Positions 1 to 10,941 of a DNA stretch of 64,000 nucleotides are shown in pieces. The DNA lies in NCBI RefSeq assembly GCF_009914755.1, contig NC_060930.1. The stretch is one strand, 5' to 3'. Both the position numbers and the translations under genes were made by a program. The stretch is from the human T2T-CHM13v2.0 reference genome, Homo sapiens. The notes below the pieces were generated by a model. That model saw nothing but the letters and a program-made list of their open reading frames with translations. It was not told the origin of the DNA and made no database searches. Numbering within the stretch: the first letter of the stretch is position 1; the number at the start of each line of letters is the position of its first letter.

Positions 1-1419
1 CCCAAGCAAGCCAGTAAGTTCGACAAGCTGCCAATAAAGATAGTCAAAAAGAACAACCTGTTTGTTGTTGACCGATCTGACAAGTTGGGGCGTGTGCAGG
101 AGTTCAATAGTGGCCTTCTGCACTGGCAGCTCGGCGGGGGTGACACCACCGAGCACATTCAGACTCACTTTGAGAGCAAGATGGAAATTCCTCCTCGCAG
201 GCGCCCACCTCCCCCCTTAAGCTCCGCAGGTAGAAAGAAAGAGCAAGAAGGCAAAGGCGACTCTGAAGAGCAGCAAGAGAAAAGCATCATAGCAACCATC
301 GATGACGTCCTCTCTGCTCGGCCAGGGGCATTGCCTGAAGACGCAAACCCTGGGCCCCAGACCGAAAGCAGTAAGTTTCCCTTTGGTATCCAGCAAGCCA
401 AAAGTCACCGGAACATCAAGCTGCTGGAGGACGAGCCCAGGAGCCGAGACGAGACTCCTCTGTGTACCATCGCGCACTGGCAGGACTCGCTGGCTAAGCG
501 ATGCATCTGTGTGTCCAATATTGTCCGTAGCTTGTCATTCGTGCCTGGCAATGATGCCGAAATGTCCAAACATCCAGGCCTGGTGCTGATCCTGGGGAAG
601 CTGATTCTTCTTCACCACGAGCATCCAGAGAGAAAGCGAGCACCGCAGACCTATGAGAAAGAGGAGGATGAGGACAAGGGGGTGGCCTGCAGCAAAGATG
701 AGTGGTGGTGGGACTGCCTCGAGGTCTTGAGGGATAACACGTTGGTCACGTTGGCCAACATTTCCGGGCAGCTAGACTTGTCTGCTTACACGGAAAGCAT
801 CTGCTTGCCAATTTTGGATGGCTTGCTGCACTGGATGGTGTGCCCGTCTGCAGAGGCACAAGATCCCTTTCCAACTGTGGGACCCAACTCGGTCCTGTCG
901 CCTCAGAGACTTGTGCTGGAGACCCTCTGTAAACTCAGTATCCAGGACAATAATGTGGACCTGATCTTGGCCACTCCTCCATTTAGTCGTCAGGAGAAAT
1001 TCTATGCTACATTAGTTAGGTACGTTGGGGATCGCAAAAACCCAGTCTGTCGAGAAATGTCCATGGCGCTTTTATCGAACCTTGCCCAAGGGGACGCACT
1101 AGCAGCAAGGGCCATAGCTGTGCAGAAAGGAAGCATTGGAAACTTGATAAGCTTCCTAGAGGATGGGGTCACGATGGCCCAGTACCAGCAGAGCCAGCAC
1201 AACCTCATGCACATGCAGCCCCCGCCCCTGGAACCACCTAGCGTAGACATGATGTGCAGGGCGGCCAAGGCTTTGCTAGCCATGGCCAGAGTGGACGAAA
1301 ACCGCTCGGAATTCCTTTTGCACGAGGGCCGGTTGCTGGATATCTCGATATCAGCTGTCCTGAACTCTCTGGTTGCATCTGTCATCTGTGATGTACTGTT
1401 TCAGATTGGGCAGTTATGA
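1..1419 (+). CDS. ARID1B: ARID1B (BAF250B, SWI/SNF cBAF subunit) terminal coding exon, 5'-partial; encodes the C-terminal BAF250_C/EHD2 armadillo-like domain
   Basis: Frame 1 is open from base 1 ([35 protein letters not shown]...) to TGA at 1417-1419. The translation contains the ARID1-family motifs [51 protein letters not shown], an LxxLL motif (LDGLL, 814-828) and the ARID1B C-terminus [12 protein letters not shown]. The ORF-track start at 85 (TTG) is not a real start. Confidence 0.98.
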
Positions 1420-1907
1420 CATAAGTGAGAAGGCAAGCATGTGTGAGTGAAGATTAGAGGGTCACATATAACTGGCTGTTTTCTGTTCTTGTTTATCCAG
1501 CGTAGGAAGAAGGAAAAGAAAATCTTTGCTCCTCTGCCCCATTCACTATTTACCAATTGGGAATTAAAGAAATAATTAATTTGAACAGTTATGAAATTAA
1601 TATTTGCTGTCTGTGTGTATAAGTACATCCTTTGGGGTTTTTTTTTTCTCTTTTTTTTAACCAAAGTTGCTGTCTAGTGCATTCAAAGGTCACTTTTTGT
1701 TCTTCACAGATCTTTTTAATGTTCTTTCCCATGTTGTATTGCATTTTTGGGGGAAGCAAATTGACTTTAAAGAAAAAAGTTGTGGCAAAAGATGCTAAGA
1801 TGCGAAAATTTCACCACACTGAGTCAAAAAGGTGAAAAATTATCCATTTCCTATGCGTTTTACTCCTCAGAGAATGAAAAAAACTGCATCCCATCACCCA
1901 AAGTTCT

Positions 1908-1915
1908 GTGCAATA
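1908..1915 (+). promoter_or_regulatory. miR-25/32/92/363/367 8mer seed site (GTGCAATA); second 7mer-m8 at 3230-3236
   Basis: Exact seed match in the 3'UTR; function not shown. Confidence 0.5.
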
Positions 1916-2196
1916 GAAATTTCTACAGATACAGGTATAGGGGCTCAAGGAGGTATGTCGGTCAGTAGTCAAAACTATGAAATGATACTGGTTTCTCCAC
2001 AGGAATATGGTTCCATTAGGCTGGGAGCAAAAACAATGTTTTTTAAGATTGAGAATACATACCTGACAACGATCCGGAAACTGCTCCTCACCACTCCCGT
2101 CATGCCTGCTGTCGGCGTTTGACCTTCCACGTGACAGTTCTTCACAATTCCTTTCATCATTTTTTAAATATTTTTTTTACTGCCTATGGGCTGTGA

Positions 2197-2204
2197 TGTA
2201 TATA
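2197..2204 (+). promoter_or_regulatory. Pumilio response element TGTATATA (second PRE TGTACATA at 3268-3275)
   Basis: Both match UGUAHAUA exactly. Confidence 0.5.
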
Positions 2205-2761
2205 GAAGTTGTACATTAAACATACCCTCATTTTTTTCTTTTCTTTTTTTTTTTTTTTTTTAGTACAAAGTTTTAGTTTCTTTTTCATGATGTGGTAACT
2301 ACGAAGTGATGGTAGATTTAAATAATTTTTTATTTTTATTTTATATATTTTTTCATTAGGGCCATATCTCCAAAAAAAGAAAGAAAAAATACAAAAAACA
2401 AAAACAAAAAAAAAAGAGGGTAATGTACAAGTTTCTGTATGTATAAAGTCATGCTCGATTTCAGGAGAGCAGCTGATCACAATTTGCTTCATGAATCAAG
2501 GTGTGGAAATGGTTATATATGGATTGATTTAGAAAATGGTTACCAGTACAGTCAAAAAAGAGAAAATGAAAAAAATACAACTAAAAGGAAGAAACACAAC
2601 TTCAAAGATTTTTCAGTGATGAGAATCCACATTTGTATTTCAAGATAATGTAGTTTAAAAAAAAAAAAAAGAAAAAAACTTGATGTAAATTCCTCCTTTT
2701 CCTCTGGCTTAATGAATATCATTTATTCAGTATAAAATCTTTATATGTTCCACATGTTAAG

Positions 2762-2767
2762 AATAAA
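2762..2767 (+). terminator. Candidate proximal PAS (AATAAA, with ATTAAA at 2773)
   Basis: Two hexamers 11 nt apart, followed by GT-rich gggtgttctt. Confidence 0.45.
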
Positions 2768-2788
2768 TGTACATTAAATCTTGTTAAG

Positions 2789-2796
2789 CACTGTGA
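2789..2796 (+). promoter_or_regulatory. miR-128 8mer / overlapping miR-27 7mer-m8 site (CACTGTGA)
   Basis: Exact seed match just downstream of the proximal PAS candidate. Confidence 0.45.
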
Positions 2797-3855
2797 TGGG
2801 TGTTCTTGAATACTGTTCTAGTTTCCTTAAAGTGGTTTCCTAGTAATCAAGTTATTTACAAGAAATAGGGGAATGCAGCAGTGTATTCACATTATAAAAC
2901 CCTACATTTGGAAGAGACCTTTAGGGGTTACCTACTTTAGAGTGGGGAGCAACAGTTTGATTTTCTCAAATTACTTAGCTAATTAGTCTTTCTTTGAAGC
3001 AATTAACTCTAACGACATTGAGGTATGATCATTTTCAGTATTTATGGGAGGTGGCTGCTGACCCACTTGAGGTGAGATCTCAGAAGCTTAACTGGCCTGA
3101 AAATGTAACATTCTGCCTTTTACTAACTCCATCTTAGTTTAATCAAAGTTCAATCTATTCCTTGTTTCTTCTGTGTGCCTCAGAGTTATTTTGCATTTAG
3201 TTTACTCCACCGTGTATAATATTTATACTGTGCAATGTTAAAAAAGAATCTGTTATATTGTATGTGGTGTACATAGTGCAAAGTGATGATTTCTATTTCA
3301 GGGCATATTATGGTTCTCATATTCCTTCCTACCTGGTGCACAGTAGCTTTTTAATACTAGTCACTTCTAATTTAAACTTTCTCTTCCTGGGTCATTGACT
3401 GTTACTGTGTAATAATCGATTTCTTTGAAACTGCTGCATAATTATGCTGTTAGTGGACCTCTACCTCTTCTCTTCCCTCTCCCAATCACAGTATACTCAG
3501 AATCCCCAGCCCCTCGCATACATTGTGTCGGTTCACATTACTCACAGTAATATATGGAAGAGTTAGACAAGAACATGCAGTTACAGTCATTGTGAGACGT
3601 GACTCTCCAGTGTCACGAGGAAAAAAATCATCTTTTCTGCAAACAGTCTCTCATCTGTCAACTCCCACATTACTGAGTCAAACAGTCTTCTTACATAACA
3701 ATGCAACCAAATATATGTTGAATTAAAGACCCATTTATAATTCTGCTTTAAATACATCTGCTTGCTAAGAACAGATTTCAGTGCTCCAAGCTTCAAATAT
3801 GGAGATTTGTAAGAGGGAATTCAATATTATTCTAATTTCTCTCTTACAGAGTACA

Positions 3856-3861
3856 AATAAA
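3856..3861 (+). terminator. Candidate alternative PAS (AATAAA)
   Basis: Canonical hexamer inside the 3'UTR. Confidence 0.45.
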
Positions 3862-4255
3862 AGGTGTATACAAACTCCGAACATATCCAGTATTCCAATT
3901 CCTTTGTCAATCAGAAGAGTAAAATAATTAACAAAAGACTGTTGTTATGGTTTGCATTGTAACCGATACGCAGAGTCTGACCGTTGGGCAACAAGTTTTT
4001 CTATCCTGATGCGCAACACAGTCTCTAGAGACTAATCCAGGAAGACTTTAGCCTCCTTTCCATATTCTCACCCCCGAATCAAGATTTACAGAAGCCCACG
4101 AAGAATTTACAGCCTGCTTGAGATCATCTTGCCTATAAACTGAGTTATTGCTTTGTCCTAAAAATTAGTCGGTTTTTTTTTTTCTATGAGGCTTTTCAGA
4201 AATTTACAGGATGCCCAGACTTTACATGTGTACCAAAAAAAAAAAAAAGATAAAA

Positions 4256-4261
4256 AATAAA
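4256..4261 (+). terminator. Distal polyadenylation signal (AATAAA), likely the main ARID1B PAS
   Basis: AATAAA with upstream TGTA (4229-4232) and downstream GT/T-rich tracts (gttgaatctgttggtatttgagtggattttttt). Confidence 0.75.
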
Positions 4262-4889
4262 GGTGCAAAGAAAGTTTAGTATTTTGGAATGGTGCTATAA
4301 AGTTGAATCTGTTGGTATTTGAGTGGATTTTTTTAATGTCACATAAGAGATACTGGGCGGCGTCTGCTCAGCAATAGCTATTCACAGTGTTTTGTTCGAG
4401 GAAGAGAATGATATAGAAGCATGTTTTACTGATGAAGGTGGCCTGTTCAAAGACTAGTTAAGCTGTTTTTTCAGAGTTATAATGAAGAATGATTTTTTTA
4501 AGGGCATATGGGCAGTCTCATACAATGTAAGCTATTAACTACCTCCTTTATGAAAAGAAGCCAGCCTTTGCCCTGAAGTCCATCCATTTAAAACTGTTGG
4601 AAATCTTTCATTTCCTATCAAACCACATGTACCTGTTCCCATGTCTGTTCACCTTTGAGGAAGCAAAGAAAGTATTATAAATGAGCCACAAATGGACAGT
4701 GCAAACAGTCCCTGTTCTTCTTGCTGAGTGTTGGTTCACTTCTTTATTTCGAGGGCCGTGGCCCAGCTGCCTGAAGTCCTGCTCAGCACCAGCCTAGAAG
4801 AACTTGGAAGTAAACTTCATGGTCAGGCAAGATTGTTAAAAACTCTGATGAATACACTTGGTAGCAGCATTTAATCTGCGAACAGGCAA

Positions 4890-4990
4890 CATTACTCATG
4901 AATTTAACAGAGATGTGTTGAGCACATGCTATGTGCCTGGCTCTGTTCTAGGCTCTGAGGAGTCCTCAATAAACAATGACCCTGTTTCAA
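4890..4990 (-). mobile_element. L2 3'-end fragment
   Basis: ttgagcacatgctatgtgcctggctctgttctaggc is the typical antisense L2 tail. Confidence 0.55.
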
Positions 4991-5099
4991 TTATGTTCTA
5001 GTCTTCCATGTCAGACAATTATAGAAATAAACTAGTCTTCCAAATACAGTGTTTTACATTGAAAACACTCAGAACGCTCCATGTTTATGCACTGAACAC

Positions 5100-5393
5100 T
5101 TTTTTTATTTTTCCAAAGACAGGGTTTAGCTCTGTCACCCAGGCTGGAGCACAGTGGCATGATCATAGCTCACTGCAGCCTTTAACTCATAGGTTCAAGT
5201 GATTCTCCCACCTCAGCTTCCCAAGCAGCTGGGTTTACAGGCATGTGCCACGACGCCCAGCTATTTATTTTTAAGAACTTTTTGTAGAGATGGGGTCTTG
5301 CTATGTTGCCCCAGCTGGTCTAGATCTCCTGGCCTCAGGCCACCTCTGCTTCCCAAACCTCTGGGATTACAGATATGAGCCACCATGCCTGGC
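5100..5393 (-). mobile_element. Alu (old, AluJ-like)
   Basis: Antisense dimeric Alu with T-tail at 5100 and J-type features (atcatagctcactgcagcc). Confidence 0.9.
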
Positions 5394-6379
5394 TGAAAAC
5401 ACTCATTTTTGTTAAGAAATAAAAGTAAGATACTGGCTATTGAGGATAAGGGGGTGTGATGAGATGAGCTCTGGACTGAAAATCAAAAACACTTAAAAGG
5501 TTAAGTCTCATCTGGGGTGTGGCCTGTAGGCTCCCAACTGTGCTCTGCAGTTGTCCAAGGCCCTCCCGTTTAAGAGCTGCTCCTGCAGAGCATACAGTTC
5601 CTGGCCTGCCCAGGCTCCCGCCAGCACGCTGGTGAGTCCTGATGTGGAAGGAAAAAGCAGCAGTGGCTTGGTACCCGGTGCTCCCAGGCTCCACCATCAG
5701 CCCTTAGAAATGCAGGAACTGACTGCACCTGTACAAAGGCCGTAGTCAAGGCCTCCTGACCCCAAGCCCCACGCTGTCAGGTGCATCCACGTGCATCTCC
5801 AGGCACTGTGCTAGCGCTTCTACCCTTGCTTTCTGGTCCTGGTTTGGTTTTATGATGATCCAAGTCATGTCATCCTCTAAAGTGCCAAAGTCAAATTGCT
5901 GAGTTAATTCACTTTGGGATTTAAAATGATGAAACCCTGAGGGAAAGCTGGTGGGGCTGGAGGTGGGAGGGGCAACCGTCAAGTGTGTCCTAAACATGAG
6001 ACTCATTTGTCTTCTTCCTGAATCTGATTTCAGGGACTTAAAGTTTTACCCCAGCTTTTTCCAAAGTGTATTCTAAGAAACAGAAGAGATCTCCAAAAAA
6101 TCTCCTTATGTATTCTCTTGGCAATCCATAGTCCATATTGCCATATTAAAGATAGAAATCCTGCAGAAGAGACACCTGTTATAATCCAGGCATTTCCTGA
6201 CTTAATTAACCTTGGAATTAAAAAAAAAAAAAAAAAAAGCAATTCCTGAAAACATGCTGCAGAGCTTTGGGAAACAACTTCATCCACCAGTGCTCATGCC
6301 TGGCCATTGCCCCGGACTGAATGCTCCTTGCATTCTTACTCCTGAAACCAAAATTAAGATGTCCTCATGGGAGGAGAGA

Positions 6380-6545
6380 ACATGGAATCTTCTCTTGCTA
6401 TCTCCACGGCCTTGAGCCAGGTACTTAAATTATTTGAACCTCAGTTTCCTTGTCTGTAATATGGGCATGACACCCATCTCAGGGGATTGGTAAGGATTAA
6501 ATGAGATGATTAAAGGCCTTGTCACATGTGACCGGTGAATATTAA
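6380..6545 (+). mobile_element. MIR
   Basis: MIR core acctcagtttccttgtctgtaatatggg...aggattaaatgaga. Confidence 0.75.
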
Positions 6546-6688
6546 CCCCAAACATCCATCCATCCATACATATAGACTTCTCCTTTGGCTGGTGTCCTAA
6601 AATGTGTTTCACACAAAGTCCAAGAGAATAGCTTCCCATTTTCATAACCAGTCACACAGCTTGTGTGACTCTTTGTTGCTGTTTTTGG

Positions 6689-6799
6689 TTTATAGTAAAA
6701 CGTCTTAGTCCATTGAAGGCCTGTATTTGGCACTAAATACTAAATACTAAATTTAGTGCCAATACAGGCCTTCAATGGACTAAGCCGTTGTACTGTAAA
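6689..6799. repeat. Fold-back quasi-palindrome: ~50-bp arms (6689-6738 / 6751-6799) with (ACTAAAT)x3 at the centre
   Basis: Arms are reverse complements with 3 mismatches and one 1-nt indel. Confidence 0.95.
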
Positions 6800-6801
6800 A
6801 C

Positions 6802-7046
6802 GTCCCTATGTCCATCTGACCTCTACATCCCACCACCCTTACACCCTTGAATCTGCCTGGTCTTTTAAGGGCTTCAGCTGGCGGCCACTGCCCTCCCCAG
6901 CCCGGCCCACCCTGCTTGGGTTCTGCAAAACCCCCCATGGGTTCGGCCTCCAGTTCACTCCTCAGATCCCCACATCTTTCTGATTGAGGATCCCATTCTG
7001 TTGTACCCATATTTAAAATTGCCCGTCATCTCACCAAGGCCAGCTT
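6802..7046 (+). repeat. Inverted duplication, copy A (partner 10697-10941)
   Basis: 245 bp, ungapped, 11 mismatches against the reverse complement of 10697-10941. Confidence 0.97.
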
Positions 7047-8324
7047 GATTCTGCATAATTTCTCTACCGAATGTCAGTTTTGGGTGTCCAACACCCTGCA
7101 GTGGTGGAAGATCGCACCTTTTTCGCAGACCTGGGGGAAGCAAATCTCTGGACTACAGTCACACAGTAAATTTGCTCTGCCCTACCCTGCCCTAACCTAA
7201 GAAAGTGTCTTGTAACACCTTTTAAAGGTCAGATGTGGCAGGTGGCCGACCACAGTGTTTAATTTGATACTCCTTTTCATCTGACACACAGCAGAGAGAG
7301 CCCCTCTAAAGAAAGAGCACTACGGTCTTCACGCGTAGCTGGAGATGGGCTGCAGTGCTGTGGGCTGGAGAAGTGGGATTCACGATACTCTTCACTTCCT
7401 GGTAGGCTTAAGGTCAGGTGAATCAATGAAGCTTGAGCCTTGATCTGCGTAAGTTTGGTATTTAGCTGGCCCGGGATTTGTATATTTACAAACTAGATTT
7501 TCCCCCAAGAGTTAAGGAACCGAAGCTTGGATGAAGCTTGGATGCGGCTCCTAAAGATGGTCTTCACCAAACAAAAGCGCTTCCTTCAGGCAAGAGCCAC
7601 AGCATTTGTCGAGTTGCCTCCTGGTAAGTGGTGATTACTTCACATTTGGATGTTTTTTGCACTTGAAAGAATTTCATGGCTATTAGTGGTTCTTCACAGA
7701 AGCCTTGGTATGGAACATTATCACATCCATCCTCCAAAAACAGAAGCAGAGGCTGACGCCCAAAATAACATGCCGAGTTAGAACCAAGCCGAGACCAAGA
7801 ATGTGTATGTACCCAAGATATTTTGCAGCTTTACACAAAATCTGGGGGAGACCAGGGACTTTTAAAACAGAAGCCGTGATGTACATTGGCCACAGTTAGA
7901 GGGAGAGAGGGGTCTTTCGTTAATTCTTCATTCTAGAGATTTAATGTCATATGCTCAGTTTATGTCTGTGCCTATATTAAAATGATACTGTTTCACCCAA
8001 AATCGGGATGGTCCTGGCAGCACTCTGTCTTTGCATAGCAGGCTCTGCCAAGGGTCTCCTTCCTGCTGTCATCCTCGTAATCCTCCAGAGCTTCCCTGCA
8101 TGTTTTGAGGAATAAATGTCATTATCATCCCTCCCTGGTGTAAGCAGCTCCTGTTACAGGGCTCACACCTGCACCACCTCTTTGGGCCTCCCTTATTCTA
8201 ATGCCCAAGGCTTGTGTGAACTCCTATGAGCAACTCAAGTTTGAGTCCGTATTCGACACACCTACTCTCTTGAGTAAAATTCCTAAAGCATGTCAGACAC
8301 ATTTTCTGCTCACCACGATCTTCA

Positions 8325-8988
<664 letters not shown>

Positions 8989-10696
8989 ATTTTTTTTGAA
9001 TTAAAATAAATGATGCTTTATGATAAATTAGAATTGTGCTGCTGTCAGCATTAACCAAACCCTGGCCACCTTAAAGCTGAAATTCATAGTCATCCAGGGA
9101 GTGGGCCTGTCCCGCAGGAATTGGTGTAACATTCCGCTCTGGGTTTAGTTAGGTCTTGGAAGCTTCGCTGACTTGGGGCTACTATTCCACTTAATAAATG
9201 GCCTCTAGAACCCCTATTGGACAACGCTCAGGGTTCTGATTCAATATTTTCTTCCATGTTTCAGTTTTCATTCATCCATTGAGACTTAGAAGAAGACACT
9301 TGAGGAATGACAAGTGACAAAGGACATTTGGGGAGGACACTAGTTGCTTAGGTTTGGCTCATGGCTATAAAAATTCAGGTCTCATAAGACAGCTTATTTG
9401 TTCCTATGGGGGGAAAGTGACGTGGTATATCTTACACATTTAAGATGAATACACTTAGCATGATTTTTTAAAATTACCCATAAGTGCAATGGTTGTTTTG
9501 TTGGTTCAGTGTGTTTTTCACCAAATGGTGTGAACATATGGCCAGAGCTTCTCTTGGCCATAAGATCTGAAGGGAGAAGAGTCCCCATGGCAAAGAGCCA
9601 TAGTGATTTATCCAGATGAGTTTCAATTCCAAAGGGGAGCTTAGAGTGAAGGCCTCTCCTAGCCAACTTTTCACACGCAATCCCCTCTCCCCACATTTAA
9701 CATTCAACTTCTGCTGTGTGGGTAATAGGAGATTGGAATGCATCTGGGAAAACGAAAAATGGGTTTTGTTAATGAGTGGAAGTTCATCTTGGTGGGCCCT
9801 GTTTTCAAATATTAAATGTGATATATTAGTTTGTGGGCTTGGATTTGATTTGAGCAATCAAATCTTGATAGGAACTGGCATCTCTTCCCACCCACCCAGA
9901 GTCTGTCTTTAGCAGCCGTTGCTGAATGGTGAGATCTGTAAGTGCCATGAATTGCTTTCAGTCTGATGCTTGAGAGGCTTGAACGGGGTATTGAACTTAG
10001 ATTTTTGGAGAACACTCCTTAAAGCCTCTTGCCTGGCTTCCTTTATGGCTTTTCAGTAGTTGAAAAGTGTATTGTTTTTTATTTTCAGGATGGTGGGGAG
10101 CTCCTACCTCTTCCCCAACCCTCATCTCCCCCCCCAGCTCAGCAAAGGTACTGGGGTGAGGGGTCATTACCCCCAGAGCAGCCAAAGGGTGCAAGACCCA
10201 GCTCTGTCTTCTTAGGAGGAGTGGGTCTTTGTCAAGGGGCCCTGGTTCAGAGCCTGCTCACCTCCACACCTCTGTCTATGTCATCCCTGCAGCATGACAG
10301 TGGGCAAAGCATGAGCACAGTCTAGCATGTAATCAGCATTCAGTAAACCATCGTGCTTTTTCATTCTGAAAGCAAATAACAAGCATCATCGTGTGACTCG
10401 TGGGGCCACACACGTCAGCAGGTAAGACCCATCCATGGTGATGGCATTGCCGAGATGTGCACAGGGTGCTGTGGGAGGATCCAGGAGAGGGGGAGCCCAC
10501 CCCGGCTGGGAGGGAGCAACCTGGGAAGGCTTCCTGCAGGAAGCTGCCTTTGGAGACAGAGGGCTCATCATATGGGAGAGAGACAGTTGGAAGAGATCCC
10601 TGGGCATTCTGGAATCTCGAAACGTAAGAGTTCAGTTGTGGGTTTTGAAAGGTTCTGAGGGAGGAGTTGGGGCGGGTGCCCCGCGTCTCTCCTGAG

Positions 10697-10941
10697 AAGC
10701 TGGCCTTGGCGAGATGCCGGGCAATTTTAAATATGGGTACAACAGAATGGGATCCTCAATCAGAAAGATGCAGGGATCTGAGGAGTGAACTGGAGACCGA
10801 ACCCACTGGGGGTTTTGCAAAACCCAAGCAGGGTGGGCCGGGCTGGGGAGGGCAGTGGCCGCCAGCTGAAGCCCTTAAAAGACCAGACAGATTCAAGGGT
10901 GTGAGGGTGGTGGGATGTAGAGGTCAGGTGGACATAGGGAC
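10697..10941 (-). repeat. Inverted duplication, copy B (partner 6802-7046)
   Basis: As above; the ORF track shows the near-identical peptide MGTTEWDPQSERC... on opposite strands. Confidence 0.97.

Larger units (their letters stand above)
1420..4285 (+). other. ARID1B: ARID1B 3'UTR (~2.9 kb; end approximate)
   Basis: Follows the stop codon. AU-rich, free of recognisable interspersed repeats, and ends at an AATAAA (4256-4261) followed by GT/T-rich sequence. Confidence 0.88.

Noticed and set aside
85-87. ORF-track start for a 444-aa protein
   Set aside because: It is a TTG leucine codon inside the ARID1B exon; the frame is open from base 1 and the true start lies far upstream of the window.
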